A stretch of 64,000 nt of DNA from an uncultured Candidatus Saccharibacteria bacterium (GTDB lineage Bacteria; Patescibacteriota; Saccharimonadia; Saccharimonadales; CAIOMD01), in NCBI GenBank assembly GCA_903859365.1, contig CAIOMD010000007.1, forward strand, positions 64,477 through 128,476, read 5' to 3'. This document shows positions 28,895-41,578 of the stretch, one piece after another (the stretch's first letter is position 1; each line of letters starts with the position of its first letter). The translations under genes were made by a program, and so were the position numbers. Under the pieces are notes generated by a model. The model searched no databases and was not told where the DNA came from. It worked only from the letters and a program-made list of their open reading frames with translations.

Positions 28895-30175
28895 ATGAAA
28901 ATAACAACTACACCCCAAGAGAATAATATTACTAAAATTGTCATTTCGGCAGATGCATCAGATTTAGGTACGATGAAAACCCATGTACTTGAAAAGATGG
29001 CACCAAAAGTAAAAATGGCTGGGTTTAGAACTGGTAAGGCCCCACTTAATCTAGTCGAAAAACAAGTTGATCCAAATCAACTTCAGGCAGAAGTAATCGA
29101 CGAAGCAATTAATCATTTTTATTCTGATGCAATTGCAAAGGAAGGTATTAGAGTTGTTTCTCAACCGAAAGTAGATATTTTAAAATTTGTACCATTCACA
29201 GAACTAGAATTCAGTGCAGAGGTTGAGGTGTTACCAATTATTACGCTCCCGAACTACAAGAAAAAGCGAACAATGCCTAAAATTGAAGAAGTAACAGCTA
29301 AAGACGTGGCAGAAGTTATGGAACGCTTGGCATTGCAAGGAGCTACCTACAAGGAAGTTGATAGAGCTGCTAAAAACGAAGATCGCGTCAATATAGATTT
29401 TGAAGGAAGTGATGCTAAGGGTGAACTAGTGAGTGGAGCAAGTGGTAAGGATTATCCACTCGCACTTGGCAGTAATACTTTTATTCCTGGGTTTGAAGAT
29501 AATGTCGTTGGTTTAAAAAAGGGTGAAGAAAAAACGTTCACTATTCCATTCCCTAAAGACTACGGAGTCAAAGCATTACAAGGCAAGAAAGTAACATTTA
29601 AGATTACAGTGAAAAAGGTGGAAGAAACGTCTAAAGCTGTGCTTGATGACACTTTTGCATCGACTGTAGGCCCTTTTAAAACAGTTGCAGAGCTTAAGGC
29701 AGACATCAAGAAGCAGCTCAAGGAAGAAAAAGATCGACAAGCAAAAGCTGAATTCGAGAATACCCTTATTAAGGATCTCGTTCAGCAAACTGCTATTAAA
29801 CTCCCAGAGTCATTACTTGAAGAGCAAATGGAAAGTGTTGACCGCGAATTTAAGCAAAATCTCGCATACCGAGGGCAAACGTTTAAAGAATATCTTGCAA
29901 ACGCAAAACTTACAGAAGAAACTTACAAAGAAAAAGAACTTAAGCCCGCTGCTGAAGAGCGTTTGAAGGCAGGTCTCATACTTAGTGAAATAGCCGCAGT
30001 TGAAAATCTAACCATTACTCCTGAGGAGCTGGAAGTTCGGATGCAGATTATGAAAGGCCAGTATACAGACGCGCAGATGCAGTCTGAGCTTGAAAAACCT
30101 GAAGCAAAGCGAGATGTTGCTTCTCGAATGCTGACTGAGAAAACAGTAGCAACATTAGTAAAATACGCACAGTAA
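28895..30175 (+). CDS. tig: trigger factor
   Basis: Ribosome-binding signature AGFRTGKAPL, FKBP-like middle domain, helical C-terminal arms. Confidence 0.93.
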   Translation: MKITTTPQENNITKIVISADASDLGTMKTHVLEKMAPKVKMAGFRTGKAPLNLVEKQVDPNQLQAEVIDEAINHFYSDAIAKEGIRVVSQPKVDILKFVPFTELEFSAEVEVLPIITLPNYKKKRTMPKIEEVTAKDVAEVMERLALQGATYKEVDRAAKNEDRVNIDFEGSDAKGELVSGASGKDYPLALGSNTFIPGFEDNVVGLKKGEEKTFTIPFPKDYGVKALQGKKVTFKITVKKVEETSKAVLDDTFASTVGPFKTVAELKADIKKQLKEEKDRQAKAEFENTLIKDLVQQTAIKLPESLLEEQMESVDREFKQNLAYRGQTFKEYLANAKLTEETYKEKELKPAAEERLKAGLILSEIAAVENLTITPEELEVRMQIMKGQYTDAQMQSELEKPEAKRDVASRMLTEKTVATLVKYAQ

Positions 30176-30224
30176 TTAGCACTCTCTATTGACGAGTGCC
30201 AACTTTGTGTATTATATTTATAGT

Positions 30225-30815
30225 ATGAAAAATATGCTCATACCAACAGTTATAGAAAACGACGGCCGTATTGAACGTGCCTATGATATCTACAGCCGGC
30301 TACTCAAGGATCGTATTATATTTTTGGGTGAAGACGTAAACGAACATACTGCAAATCTTGTTGTGGCCCAAATGCTTTTTTTGGAGTCTCAAGATCCTAA
30401 GAAGGACATTATTTTCTATATTAATAGTCCCGGTGGAAGTGTTTACGATGGGATGGCAATCTATGACACTATGCAATTTGTTAAATGTGATATTCAGACT
30501 GTTGGACTTGGTGTACAGGCTAGTATGGGTGCCTTTTTGCTCAGTAGTGGCACCAAGGGCAAACGATATATGTTGCCGCACGCTACAACTATGATCCATC
30601 AACCAAGTAGTGGTACTAGAGGTAAAGTAACTGATATGGAAATTGACCTTAAAGAGGGTTTGCGACTCAAAAAACAGTTGAACCAAATACTTGCTAATAA
30701 TACGGGCCAAAAACTTTCTAAGATTGAGCAAGATGTTGAACGTGATTATTGGATGACGGCTGAAGAATCTAAAAAGTATGGCCTTATTGACGAAATTATA
30801 ACCAATCGCAAATAA
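30225..30815 (+). CDS. clpP: ATP-dependent Clp protease proteolytic subunit
   Basis: (MKN)[32 protein letters not shown] is a canonical ClpP N-terminus. Catalytic Ser context [11 protein letters not shown] and His context MIHQP. The track's TTG start at 30189 coincides with a -35-like TTGACG. ATG at 30225 or 30234. Confidence 0.93.
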   Translation: MKNMLIPTVIENDGRIERAYDIYSRLLKDRIIFLGEDVNEHTANLVVAQMLFLESQDPKKDIIFYINSPGGSVYDGMAIYDTMQFVKCDIQTVGLGVQASMGAFLLSSGTKGKRYMLPHATTMIHQPSSGTRGKVTDMEIDLKEGLRLKKQLNQILANNTGQKLSKIEQDVERDYWMTAEESKKYGLIDEIITNRK

Positions 30816-30829
30816 AAAGTACTAAAGTA

Positions 30830-30858
30830 TTGACAATTAACTAACAGTGGTGCAAACT
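30830..30858 (+). promoter_or_regulatory. candidate promoter for rpoBC (extended -10 type)
   Basis: TTGACA (30830-30835), a 17-nt spacer ending in TG, then CAAACT (30853-30858). The -10 is weak, so this is tentative. Confidence 0.3.
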
Positions 30859-30993
30859 TCTTGCAAGAAGTAGTGTAATCGGGCTGTGCTCGTTTGTCTC
30901 AAAAAACGAGTACCAAACACCCCCGCTTAGTTATCCTTCGCGCGCAAAAACAAGGTAACAATCAGTTAAATTTAAACAGGAGTCTGCTTTTTT

Positions 30994-33900
30994 ATGGCCA
31001 AGACAGCAGCTATGAAGAGTGATGCATCAGCATCCCGTATTTACTACACTAAAAACGAAGATATTAATCTTCCGAATCTTGTAGATCATCAAAATAAGAG
31101 TTTCCAATGGTTTGTAGACGAAGGATTAGGTGAATTACTTGCTGAAGTAAGCCCAATTGACGACTATACTGGAACGAAATTATCTCTTTCTTTTAAGAGT
31201 TACCATTTCGAAGAACCAAAGATTTCAGAGGCCTTAGCCCGAGAAAATAACGTTAGTTATGACGCGCCCCTTAAGGCAGTGGTTGAACTAACAAACAAAG
31301 TTACTGGTGAAGTTAAGGAATCTGAGATCTATCTCGGTGATTATCCATGGATGACTCAGCGGGGAACATTCGTTATTAACGGTGCAGAGCGTGTTGTCGT
31401 TAGCCAATTGATTAGAAGTCCAGGTGTTTTCTTTATTGCGGAAAACCACGGTAATTCACGGCTATACGGTGCGAAGGTAATCCCTAACCGTGGTGCTTGG
31501 TTAGAATTTGAAACAGCAGTAAACGGTGCGATGTATGTAAAAATAGATCGACGCCGAAAAATTGCAGTAACAACTCTATTCAAAGCACTTGGAATGAGCG
31601 AAACATCAATAAAAGAAGCGATGAAGCATGTCGACCAAGGTAAACTTAGCTACGTTGATGCGACACTTGAAAAAGATCCCTCAAAAGGAACAAACGAAGC
31701 ATTAATTGAAGTATATCGACGACTTCGACCAGGTGACCTTGCAACGCATGATAATGCTCGTTCATTACTTGAAAATATGTTCTATAATTTCAAGCGATTT
31801 GATTTTAGCCGCGTTGGACGATACAAAATAAACAAACGACTTGATCTTGATGTTCAAAATACGACTGAAAACCGAGTAATGCGTCTTGAAGACCTTTTAG
31901 CGATTGTTGCTGAAATTATTCGTCTTAATAACACACAAGAACCTGCTGACGATATCGATAGCCTTGCGAACCGACGTGTTAAATTAGTTGGTGAACTTGT
32001 ACAACGACAATTCCGAATTGGACTTCTAAGAATGCAACGAAACGCTATGGACCGAATGTCTATGAGTGAAATCGAGACAGTTACACCTGGTCAGCTCATT
32101 AATGCTCGTCCAGTTGTTGCTGCTGTTCGTGAATTCTTCGCAAGCTCACAACTTAGCCAGTTTATGGACCAAATTAATCCATTATCTGAACTTGCTCATA
32201 AGCGACGCTTGAGCTCTATGGGACCTGGTGGTCTTAGCCGAGAACGTGCAGGATTTGAAGTACGTGATGCGCACGCGACACACTACGGACGTATTTGTGC
32301 AGTAGAAACTCCTGAAGGTGCAAACATCGGACTTGTCCTTAATATGGCGAGCTATGCACGTATCAACGATTACGGTTTCCTTGAAACTCCTTACCGAAAA
32401 GTGCTTAGTGCACTTCCTGCTAAAGATTTAGCTGGTCATATTGCTGCTGTGGATCTTGAAGATGAAAAAGGTAAAGTGATCGTTAAAAAGGGCGCAACCA
32501 TCTCTGCTGCTGACGTAAAGAAACTTGACGCTATTAAAACGAAAGCCACATGGCCAATTAAAGCCAAAGTTACTTCTGAAGTCATCTATCTAGACGCTTT
32601 TGAAGAAGAAAAGGCTGTTATTGCCGGAGCTGGAAATGACATTGATGCTGATGGCTATTTTGTAAATGACCGTGTTTCCGCTCGAAGTCATCTCGTTGCA
32701 GGTGAAGTTGATTCAAATGATGTTACCTATATGGACGCAGCGCTCAAGCAAATTGTAGGTTCCTCTGCTTCGCTTATTCCGTTTATTGAAAAGAATTATG
32801 TGTACCGCTCACTCATGGGTAGTAATCAACAGCGTCAAGCAGTACCACTTATTAATCCTACCGCTCCTATCGTTGGAACTGGCATGGAAGCAAATGCTGC
32901 TCGAAATACCGGACAAATCGTGCTTGCTGAAGATAACGGTACCGTTATCAAAGCGGCTGGCGATGGTGTTGTTGTTCAATACGAAAAAGTTAAGAAAACA
33001 TATGTTCCTTTGCGATTCCAACGAAGTAACGAAGGTTCTAGTATCAATCAAAAAGTTGTTGTTAGCAGTGGTGATGTAGTTAAAGCAGGCGATGTTCTTA
33101 TCGAAGGTATGAGCGTCGACAATGGCGAACTCGCACTTGGTAAAGATCTGCTAGTTGCATTCATGCCATGGGCAGGTTACAACTTCGAAGACGCCATCAT
33201 CATCAGTGATCGATTAGTTAAAGATGATGAATTCACAAGTATTCATATCGTTGATTACATGACTGAAGTTCGTGAAACAAAACTCGGACCTGAAATTGTA
33301 ACCATGGATATTCCAAACGTTTCAGAAGAAGCACTTCGCCACCTTGATGAAGAAGGTATCGTACGAATTGGTGCAGAAGTGCATCCTGGCGATATCCTTG
33401 TCGGTAAGATTACTCCAAAGGGTGAACAAGAGCTTTCAAGCGAAGAACGACTTTTACGTGCTATCTTTGGTGAAAAAGCTAAAGAAGTCCGTGATACTTC
33501 TCAGAGAATGAGTAATGGTAAACATGGTAAGGTTGTTGGCGTTAAGGTATTCAGCCGTGCAAACGGTCATGAACTTAAGGCTGGCGTTATCATGCAGATT
33601 CAGGTCTTCGTCGCTCAAATGCGAAAAGTAGCAGTTGGAGATAAGCTCGGTGGACGTCACGGTAACAAGGGTGTTATCGCCCGAATACTTCCACAAGAAG
33701 ATATGCCATTTACTGAAGATGGTACCCCGATGGACATCATTCTTAACCCGCTTGGTATCCCAAGCCGTTCAAACCTCGGTCAGCTATTCGAAACGCACCT
33801 TGGTATGGCAGCGCGTGCACTTGGACTTCATGTTGCGACCCCTCCATTCAACGGTGTGCCAATAGACAAAATCCGAAGCCTCCTTAAAGAAGCAGGACTT

Positions 33901-34539
33901 CCAGAAGACGGAAAGCAACAATTGTTTGACGGACGAACTGGTGAAGCATTCAAGGAACGAACAACGGTTGGTTCTATGTACATGATTAAGCTCAATCACA
34001 TGATTGCGGACAAGATTCATGCTCGTTCAACTGGACCATACACTATGGTTACTCAGCAACCACTTGGCGGTAAAGCGCAAAATGGTGGACAGCGATTTGG
34101 TGAAATGGAAGTATGGGCGCTTGAAGCCTATGGTGCCGCGAGTACTTTACAGGAAATGCTAACCATTAAATCTGACGATGTATACGGACGAGCAAAAGCG
34201 TACGAAAGTATCATTAAGCAGACTGAAATTGTTGGGCCTAAGGTTCCAGAAAGCTTTAACGTGCTTGTTAAAGAACTACAGGGACTTGGACTTAAGGTTG
34301 ATCTTATTGATCAAAACATGGGACAGGTTGTAGATGCAGAGGAACTACTTGAAGTGAACATCAAGGATGAGGCTTCACATTTGTCAGCTGTTGAAGCGCC
34401 ACAATCAGAAATTAATGACCTTGATCTTTCAGCTGACGTAGTTGGCGAAGATTTTCTAGTAGTAGATGAAAATGGTGAAGAGGTTGAAACAGCCGAATTA
34501 CCCGTTGAAGTTAATGAAGAGGAGGTGACCAATGCGTAA
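30994..34539 (+). CDS. rpoB: DNA-directed RNA polymerase beta subunit
   Basis: 1181 aa with conserved blocks (GDKLGGRHGNKGV, QPLGGKAQNGGQRFGEMEVWALEAYGA). Acidic C-terminal tail. Confidence 0.98.
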   Translation: MAKTAAMKSDASASRIYYTKNEDINLPNLVDHQNKSFQWFVDEGLGELLAEVSPIDDYTGTKLSLSFKSYHFEEPKISEALARENNVSYDAPLKAVVELTNKVTGEVKESEIYLGDYPWMTQRGTFVINGAERVVVSQLIRSPGVFFIAENHGNSRLYGAKVIPNRGAWLEFETAVNGAMYVKIDRRRKIAVTTLFKALGMSETSIKEAMKHVDQGKLSYVDATLEKDPSKGTNEALIEVYRRLRPGDLATHDNARSLLENMFYNFKRFDFSRVGRYKINKRLDLDVQNTTENRVMRLEDLLAIVAEIIRLNNTQEPADDIDSLANRRVKLVGELVQRQFRIGLLRMQRNAMDRMSMSEIETVTPGQLINARPVVAAVREFFASSQLSQFMDQINPLSELAHKRRLSSMGPGGLSRERAGFEVRDAHATHYGRICAVETPEGANIGLVLNMASYARINDYGFLETPYRKVLSALPAKDLAGHIAAVDLEDEKGKVIVKKGATISAADVKKLDAIKTKATWPIKAKVTSEVIYLDAFEEEKAVIAGAGNDIDADGYFVNDRVSARSHLVAGEVDSNDVTYMDAALKQIVGSSASLIPFIEKNYVYRSLMGSNQQRQAVPLINPTAPIVGTGMEANAARNTGQIVLAEDNGTVIKAAGDGVVVQYEKVKKTYVPLRFQRSNEGSSINQKVVVSSGDVVKAGDVLIEGMSVDNGELALGKDLLVAFMPWAGYNFEDAIIISDRLVKDDEFTSIHIVDYMTEVRETKLGPEIVTMDIPNVSEEALRHLDEEGIVRIGAEVHPGDILVGKITPKGEQELSSEERLLRAIFGEKAKEVRDTSQRMSNGKHGKVVGVKVFSRANGHELKAGVIMQIQVFVAQMRKVAVGDKLGGRHGNKGVIARILPQEDMPFTEDGTPMDIILNPLGIPSRSNLGQLFETHLGMAARALGLHVATPPFNGVPIDKIRSLLKEAGLPEDGKQQLFDGRTGEAFKERTTVGSMYMIKLNHMIADKIHARSTGPYTMVTQQPLGGKAQNGGQRFGEMEVWALEAYGAASTLQEMLTIKSDDVYGRAKAYESIIKQTEIVGPKVPESFNVLVKELQGLGLKVDLIDQNMGQVVDAEELLEVNIKDEASHLSAVEAPQSEINDLDLSADVVGEDFLVVDENGEEVETAELPVEVNEEEVTNA

Positions 34540-37500
34540 ATACACATATGGTACCAATATTGCCGATTTTGATGCAGTTCGACTTGCTGTCGCAAGCCCA
34601 AGTGACATTATGGAATGGAGCTATGGTGAAGTAACCAAGCCTGAAACAATTAACTATCGGACACAGAAACCTGAACGCGATGGGCTCTTTTGCGAAAAGA
34701 TTTTCGGACCGGTTAAGGATATCAACTCAAATGATTCCAAATATAAAGGTCTTCGGAGCCGTGAAGCTGCAGTAGATAAGAATGGTGAACTTGTAACTAA
34801 GTCTATCGTTCGACGTGAACGAATGGGTCATATTGCACTTGCGTGCCCAGTAACGCACATCTGGTTCCTTCGTGGAACTCCAAGTTCTATCGGTCTTGTT
34901 CTTAACATGACGGTCAAGAATCTTGAAAGAATTGCTTACTTCGCAAGTTACGTTGTACTTGATGTAAAGGAAGAAAAGCGAGATCAGATCAAAGCAGATA
35001 AAGAAGCTGAAGCCGCAGCCGCTAAGGTTGCAATTGAAGCGCGTTACGAAAAGATGGCTGCTGAAGAAAACGCCAACGTTAAGCAACTAGCCGCAGAACG
35101 AACTAAAGAATTAGAAGAAACTGCAAAAGACTATGAGCTCCTTAAAACACAACTTGATAGCCTACAGCTTAACGCACTTATGAGCGAAACAGACTATCGC
35201 CTGCTTCCAGATGAGCTACAAGACCTTATTAAGGTTGGCATGGGTGGTGAAGCCGTCAAGGGAATGCTTGAAAGAGTTGAACTAGATTCACTTATTAAGC
35301 AACTTTCTGGTGAAGTAGAAGAAGCTAAGGGACAACGTAAGAAAAAGATCATGAAACGACTTCGGATCCTAGAGAGCATGCAACGTGCTGGCATTACACC
35401 TGTGAGCATGTGTCTGACGGTGCTTCCTGTTATTCCTCCAGATCTTCGTCCAATGGTACAGCTTACCGGTGGTCGTTTTGCAACATCAGATCTCAATGAT
35501 CTTTACCGACGTGTTATTAACCGCAATAATCGGTTAAAGAAACTTGTCGATCTTAACGCTCCCGAAGTAATTCGACGAAACGAAATGCGTATGCTTCAGG
35601 AAGCTGTTGATGCACTTATCGATAACAGCTCAGCTCGTAGTGGACGTGCTGTATCAAACACCGGCCAACGCCGAAAACTTAAGAGTCTTAGTGACATGCT
35701 CAAAGGTAAGCAAGGTCGGTTCCGACAAAACTTACTCGGAAAGCGTGTCGACTACTCTGGACGTTCTGTAATTGTCGCAGGACCTGAACTTAAGATTAAT
35801 GAATGTGGTCTTCCAAAGATGATGGCACTTGAATTATTCAAGCCGTTTGTTATTGGACAGCTTATTGCTGATGAACACGCTCATAATATTCGTTCTGCAA
35901 CTCGACTTATTGAAATGGGTGAAACAGTTGTGTGGGATGCACTCGATATCGTAATCGCTGGCAAGTACGTGCTACTTAACCGTGCACCATCATTGCACCG
36001 ACTTTCAATTCAAGCATTCCAGCCTCGATTAATTGAAGGAAAAGCTATCCAGCTGCACCCTCTTGTATGTAAAGGATTTAATGCTGACTTTGACGGTGAC
36101 CAAATGGCTGTTCATCTTCCATTATCTGACGCTGCTCAAAAAGAAGCTCGTGAAATCATGGCTGCTAGTAAGAACATCTTAAAGCCTGCAGATGGTTCAC
36201 CAGTACTCCACATTGAGCAGGATATCGTGCTCGGTGCCTACTATCTTACGTACGATAAATTTGCGACTGATGCACGTCGAAACTTCAGTGATGTCAATGA
36301 AGCACTAATGGCATATGACGAAGGCGAATTGAAACTGCAATCACCGATATCTGTATCATTTAGAGGTGTTGTTCGAGAAACTACACTTGGACGATTACTC
36401 TTTAATGAGCTATTCCCAGAAGATTTCCCATTCCAAAATGAAGCAATGCCTAAAAAGCGCATTCAAAAAGTTATGGCTGAGGTATATGAAAACTATGGAC
36501 AAGAGAAAACTGCTGAAATTGCAGACAATCTCAAAGATCTTGCGTTTGAATACGCAACAGTTTCTGGAATCTCAATGGGTATGGATGACTTCCCATCAAT
36601 CGTTGGTATTGAAAAGGTTATTGATGCCGGTGAAGTAAAAGCTGCAGATATTAGCAATCAATACGAAGCAGGCTTCACCACTGATGACGAACGGTACCGA
36701 TTAACGATCGATAACTGGCTCAAAGTAGACAATGAAGTACAGTCAATGCTTGCCGAACAACTCGCAACACAGGATAACTCTATGTCAATCGCAGTTGTTT
36801 CTGGTGCTCGTGGTAACATCGGCCAAATGAAGAACAGCGTTGGTATGCTTGGCGTCGTTTCAGATACGAGCGGCCGGGCGATTGAACTTCCTATTAAGTC
36901 GAGCTATAAGAGCGGTCTAACTCCGCTTGAATACTTTACTGGTACTCGTGGTACACGAAAAGCCCTCATCGATATTGCCCTTAAGACTGCTGACTCTGGT
37001 TATCTCACTCGACGACTCGTAGACGTATCGCAAGATGTGTTTATTGTGGATGAAGATGTTGAAGATCCAGGTTTCACTATCTACCGAAGCGATGCCGAAG
37101 AAATTGGTGTTACGTTTGCACTTAAACTCGAAGGTCGTTTTGCGGCTGAAAAGATTGGAGCTAACGGAACAACAATTGTTAAAAAAGGTGAGCTTATCAC
37201 TCGCGCGCTAGCTGCTGAGATCGATAAGAGCGACCTTGCAGAAGTAAAGATCATGAGTGCACTCACGACTGGTACCGTTCGTGGTATTAGCCGAAAGAGT
37301 TATGGAATTGATCCTGCAACTGGTCAACTCGTTGAAAATCGTCATCCAGTTGGTGTTATTGCTGCACAAAGTATCGGTGAACCTGGTACGCAGTTATCAC
37401 TAGACTCTAAGCACCGTGCCGGCGCTACTATTGCTGACGAAACCGCACAAGGCCTCAACCGCGTTGAAGAACTTTTCGAAGTTCGAACTCCAAAGGGTCA

Positions 37501-38344
37501 AGCGTATCTTTCAGATGTTGATGGTACTGCCAATGTATGGGAAGAAGGTGACCATTACATTATCCAAGTAGTTGGTCAAGACCAACAGTCACTAGTATTG
37601 CCACTGCAGGGCCGCAAGGCGTCCGTAGCTGAAGGGCAAGAAGTTGCTATTGGTGATGTATTAGCCGCTAAGGATAAGGCGAGTGAGCCACTTATTGCGA
37701 GCATGGCTGGCAAAGTTACGCTTACTGAAACTGAAGTAACAATTGTTCCAAAAGATCAGGCAATCGTCCGTTATGAAATACCTGGTTTCAAACAACTTCT
37801 TGTTAAGGATAAGGATGCCGTCAAAGCCGGTGATCGACTTACTAGCGGTTCCGTTAACCTTCATGATCTTATGCGACTGAAAGGTGTTGAATCCACACAA
37901 CGCTATATCATGAACGAAATCAGTAAGATCTTTGCTTCACAAGGTCAAAACATTGCCGACAAGCATTTAGAAATTGTTGTACGACAAATGTTTAGTCGTG
38001 TCACTATTGAAGAACCAGGTGACAGCGAGTATGTTACTGGAGATATTGCAAGTAAAGCTGCGGTTATCGAAGCGAACATAGGACTTGTAGCAAATAAGAA
38101 GAAACCTGCGCAATTTAGCCAACTATTGCTAGGAATTACAAAGGTTTCTACCTGGGCTGATAGCTTCCTCTCTGCAGCAAGCTTCCAGGATACTACGAGA
38201 GTACTCATCAGTGCTGCTACAAGCGGTAAGGTTGATCAACTCTATGGTCTTAAAGAAAATGTTATCTTGGGTCGCAAGATTCCTGTTGGTACTGGATATA
38301 TTCCAGAGACCGACGAAGATGAAACCATTGACGAAGAAGCTTAA
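34532..38344 (+). CDS. rpoC: DNA-directed RNA polymerase beta' subunit
   Basis: 1270 aa with the catalytic [12 protein letters not shown] motif. The start overlaps the rpoB stop by 8 nt (ATGCGTAA). Confidence 0.98.
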   Translation: MRKYTYGTNIADFDAVRLAVASPSDIMEWSYGEVTKPETINYRTQKPERDGLFCEKIFGPVKDINSNDSKYKGLRSREAAVDKNGELVTKSIVRRERMGHIALACPVTHIWFLRGTPSSIGLVLNMTVKNLERIAYFASYVVLDVKEEKRDQIKADKEAEAAAAKVAIEARYEKMAAEENANVKQLAAERTKELEETAKDYELLKTQLDSLQLNALMSETDYRLLPDELQDLIKVGMGGEAVKGMLERVELDSLIKQLSGEVEEAKGQRKKKIMKRLRILESMQRAGITPVSMCLTVLPVIPPDLRPMVQLTGGRFATSDLNDLYRRVINRNNRLKKLVDLNAPEVIRRNEMRMLQEAVDALIDNSSARSGRAVSNTGQRRKLKSLSDMLKGKQGRFRQNLLGKRVDYSGRSVIVAGPELKINECGLPKMMALELFKPFVIGQLIADEHAHNIRSATRLIEMGETVVWDALDIVIAGKYVLLNRAPSLHRLSIQAFQPRLIEGKAIQLHPLVCKGFNADFDGDQMAVHLPLSDAAQKEAREIMAASKNILKPADGSPVLHIEQDIVLGAYYLTYDKFATDARRNFSDVNEALMAYDEGELKLQSPISVSFRGVVRETTLGRLLFNELFPEDFPFQNEAMPKKRIQKVMAEVYENYGQEKTAEIADNLKDLAFEYATVSGISMGMDDFPSIVGIEKVIDAGEVKAADISNQYEAGFTTDDERYRLTIDNWLKVDNEVQSMLAEQLATQDNSMSIAVVSGARGNIGQMKNSVGMLGVVSDTSGRAIELPIKSSYKSGLTPLEYFTGTRGTRKALIDIALKTADSGYLTRRLVDVSQDVFIVDEDVEDPGFTIYRSDAEEIGVTFALKLEGRFAAEKIGANGTTIVKKGELITRALAAEIDKSDLAEVKIMSALTTGTVRGISRKSYGIDPATGQLVENRHPVGVIAAQSIGEPGTQLSLDSKHRAGATIADETAQGLNRVEELFEVRTPKGQAYLSDVDGTANVWEEGDHYIIQVVGQDQQSLVLPLQGRKASVAEGQEVAIGDVLAAKDKASEPLIASMAGKVTLTETEVTIVPKDQAIVRYEIPGFKQLLVKDKDAVKAGDRLTSGSVNLHDLMRLKGVESTQRYIMNEISKIFASQGQNIADKHLEIVVRQMFSRVTIEEPGDSEYVTGDIASKAAVIEANIGLVANKKKPAQFSQLLLGITKVSTWADSFLSAASFQDTTRVLISAATSGKVDQLYGLKENVILGRKIPVGTGYIPETDEDETIDEEA

Positions 38345-38366
38345 ATCTGTTTAAATAAAGGAAGTT

Positions 38367-38780
38367 ATGCCAACAATTAATCAATTAGTTAGAAAATCAC
38401 GAAAGACAAGTGTTTACAAAAGTAAATCACCAGCTCTTTTACGTGTGACTAACAACCTAAAAACCAAAGCTTACGAAAAGCCTGCGCCGTTTAAACGTGG
38501 TGTATGTGTTAAGGTAACGACTAAAACTCCAAAGAAGCCTAACTCAGCTCTTCGTAAGGTTGCACGTGTGCGCCTTACAAATGGGTATGAAGTATGGGCA
38601 TACATTGGTGGTGAAGGTCATAACCTCCAAGAGCACGCTGTTGTTCTGATTAGAGGTGGTCGTGTTCCTGACTTACCTGGTGTACGTTATCACGTTGTAC
38701 GTGGTAGCTTAGACCTTCAAGGTGTTAGCAATCGTAAGAGTGGCCGTAGCAAATACGGAGCTAAACGAGATAGTAAATAA
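38367..38780 (+). CDS. rpsL: 30S ribosomal protein S12
   Basis: [10 protein letters not shown]...[19 protein letters not shown]. Confidence 0.98.
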   Translation: MPTINQLVRKSRKTSVYKSKSPALLRVTNNLKTKAYEKPAPFKRGVCVKVTTKTPKKPNSALRKVARVRLTNGYEVWAYIGGEGHNLQEHAVVLIRGGRVPDLPGVRYHVVRGSLDLQGVSNRKSGRSKYGAKRDSK

Positions 38781-38859
38781 TTTTAGTGGCTTCAGTGACC
38801 GCTTCTCCTACTACAGTAGGTTGAAGAGCGAACAGAAGTATATATAAAGGAGTACAGAA

Positions 38860-39336
38860 ATGCCACGAAAGAAAACCAAGAGCCTGGTACGAGATATACC
38901 AGCAGATCGTAAATACAATGACGTTCGTGTTGCTCGGTTAATCAACCGTGTAATGCTAAACGGTAAAAAGCAACTTGCTGAGAAAATTATCTATGACGGT
39001 ATGGAAACAGCTGCCAAGAAATTGAAGCAGGAAAATCCGCTTGAAGTATTAAACCAAGCATTAGATAACGTTAAGCCTAACGTAGAAACTCGTTCACGTC
39101 GTGTTGGTGGCGCTAACTATCAGATTCCATTTGAAGTTCGCGGACAAAGACAGAGTCATCTTACACTTATGTGGTTCGTAGCAGCCGCTCGATCTCGTAA
39201 AGGTATGCCAATGGCTGACCGTGTTGCAGCAGAAATCATGGATGCATTTAATGGTACCGGATCTGCAGTTAAGAAGCGTGAAGACACCCACAAAATGGCT
39301 GAATCTAACAGAGCATTTGCTCACTTCGCACGATAA
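38860..39336 (+). CDS. rpsG: 30S ribosomal protein S7
   Basis: Str-operon position; VETRSRRVGGANYQIPFEV. Confidence 0.97.
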   Translation: MPRKKTKSLVRDIPADRKYNDVRVARLINRVMLNGKKQLAEKIIYDGMETAAKKLKQENPLEVLNQALDNVKPNVETRSRRVGGANYQIPFEVRGQRQSHLTLMWFVAAARSRKGMPMADRVAAEIMDAFNGTGSAVKKREDTHKMAESNRAFAHFAR

Positions 39337-39377
39337 GAAACGCATTACTTTTAACATTTTAATAAAACGAGGAATTT

Positions 39378-41471
39378 ATGGCCGCTAAAGCAACCCCTAT
39401 GGATAAGATGCGCAATATTGGAATTATTGCACATATTGACGCTGGTAAAACAACGACTACTGAAGGTATTTTGTACCGAACTGGTCTAAAGCACAAAATT
39501 GGTGCTGTGCACGAAGGTGAAACAACTACTGACTGGATGGCACAAGAAAGAGAACGTGGTATCACGATTGTTTCTGCTGCCGTTACTAGTTATTGGAAAG
39601 ATCACCAGATTAACATTATCGATACACCAGGACACATCGACTTTACTGTTGAAGTAGAGCGATCGCTCCGAGTGCTCGATGGTGCAGTTGTTGTATTTGA
39701 CGGTAAAATGGGTGTTGAATCACAATCTGAAACGGTATGGCGTCAAGCTGATAAATATAACGTACCGAGAATGTGTTTCATCAATAAGATTAATCAAACT
39801 GGCGGAGACTTCTATAAATCTCTTGATTCTATCCACAATCGACTCAACAAGCGTGCTTTCCCGATCCATCTTCCTATAGGGTTTGAACAAGCTATCAATG
39901 GTGTTATCGACCTCGTAACAATGAAGTCATATACCTATAAAGAATTTACTGATCATGAGCTTATTGAAGGGGATATTCCTGCGGATATGCTAGATCAAGC
40001 GACTAAAGCTCGAAGTCTGCTTGTTGAAAATGCAGTTGCTGAAGACGAGAAAATCTTAGAAAAATATTTTGAGGTTGGCGAAGAAGGTCTATCAACTGAA
40101 GAGATTAAACAAGCAATCCGCACCGCTACACTTAGTGGACGATTCTTCCCAGTAACTGGTGGAGATGGCCGTGGTGTTATCGTTGAGAAGGTACTTGACC
40201 TAGTGGTTGACGTGCTACCAAGTCCACTTGATCGTGGTAGCACCTGGGGCACACATCCTAAAACGGATGAAGAAATAGAACGTAAGCCAGCTGATAATGA
40301 ACCATTTGCAGCACTTGCGTTTAAAATTGCAACTGACCCATTTGTTGGTAAGCTTGCTTATTTCCGTGTATATAGCGGTAAAGTCACTGCAGGTAGCTAT
40401 ATCCTAAATAGCTCTACGGGTGAGAAAGAACGGGTTGGACGAATTGTTCGTATGCAAGCTGACAAGCGTGAAGACGTGACAGAAGTTACTGCTGGAGATA
40501 TTGCAGCAATCGTAGGTCTCAAAGGCACAACTACCGGAAATACGCTTTGTGATATTGCTAAACCTATTATTCTTGAGAGTATTACGTTCCCTGAACCACC
40601 CGTAAGTATCGCCATTGAACCTGCTACAAAAGCTGACCAGGAAAAAATGGGTATTGCATTGCAGCGTCTCGCTGAAGAAGATCCTACATTCCGAGTGAGA
40701 GTTGATCATGAAACCGGCCAGACCATTATTAATGGAATGGGTGAATTACATCTTGAAATTATCGTTGATCGAATGAAACGAGAATTCAATGTTGTTGCTA
40801 ATATCGGTGCACCACAAGTGGCTTATCGTGAAACAATTCGAAAAGATGCAGTTGAAATCCAAGGTAAGTTCATCCGACAATCTGGTGGACGTGGTCAATA
40901 CGGTGACGTATGGCTTCGACTATCTCAGAATGAAGCTGGAAAAGGTTTTGAATTCATCAATAGCATCAAAGGTGGAGTTATTCCAACTGAATATATCCCG
41001 GCCGTTAAAGCTGGAATCGAAGAAGCTATGTCTAATGGTGTGCTCGCTGGCTATCCAGTTGTCGATATTAAGGCAGAACTTTATTATGGAAGCTACCACG
41101 ATGTTGACTCATCAGAAATGGCCTTCAAAATCGCTGGATCTATGGCTCTACAAGAAGGTGTCCGAAAGGCAAGTCCTGTTCTACTAGAACCAGTTATGAA
41201 AGTAGTTGCAGTAACCCCAGAAGAAAACATGGGTGAAGTAATTGGTGACCTTAACTCAAAACGAGGACGTATTGAATCAATGGAAGATTTACAGGCTAAC
41301 GTTAAGGAAATTACAGCCTTCGTCCCTCTTGGTGAAATGTTTGGCTATACAACCAACCTTCGCAGCATGACAAAAGGTCGTGCAAGTAGTTCTATGGAGC
41401 TCGATCACTATGCTGATGTACCAGGACATGTAGCTGATGCCATCGTCGCAAAAAATGCAAAGAGTGCCTAA
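39378..41471 (+). CDS. fusA: elongation factor G
   Basis: G1 motif [20 protein letters not shown], domains II-V. 697 aa. Confidence 0.98.
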   Translation: MAAKATPMDKMRNIGIIAHIDAGKTTTTEGILYRTGLKHKIGAVHEGETTTDWMAQERERGITIVSAAVTSYWKDHQINIIDTPGHIDFTVEVERSLRVLDGAVVVFDGKMGVESQSETVWRQADKYNVPRMCFINKINQTGGDFYKSLDSIHNRLNKRAFPIHLPIGFEQAINGVIDLVTMKSYTYKEFTDHELIEGDIPADMLDQATKARSLLVENAVAEDEKILEKYFEVGEEGLSTEEIKQAIRTATLSGRFFPVTGGDGRGVIVEKVLDLVVDVLPSPLDRGSTWGTHPKTDEEIERKPADNEPFAALAFKIATDPFVGKLAYFRVYSGKVTAGSYILNSSTGEKERVGRIVRMQADKREDVTEVTAGDIAAIVGLKGTTTGNTLCDIAKPIILESITFPEPPVSIAIEPATKADQEKMGIALQRLAEEDPTFRVRVDHETGQTIINGMGELHLEIIVDRMKREFNVVANIGAPQVAYRETIRKDAVEIQGKFIRQSGGRGQYGDVWLRLSQNEAGKGFEFINSIKGGVIPTEYIPAVKAGIEEAMSNGVLAGYPVVDIKAELYYGSYHDVDSSEMAFKIAGSMALQEGVRKASPVLLEPVMKVVAVTPEENMGEVIGDLNSKRGRIESMEDLQANVKEITAFVPLGEMFGYTTNLRSMTKGRASSSMELDHYADVPGHVADAIVAKNAKSA

Positions 41472-41578
41472 AAATAATACTCTTTACAAACAGATATAAA
41501 ATTAGTTACAATCTATGAGTTATGCGTGAAAAGGCATTGCTGTTTTACGCAAAAAAATATTAATCCCAAGGAGAACAA

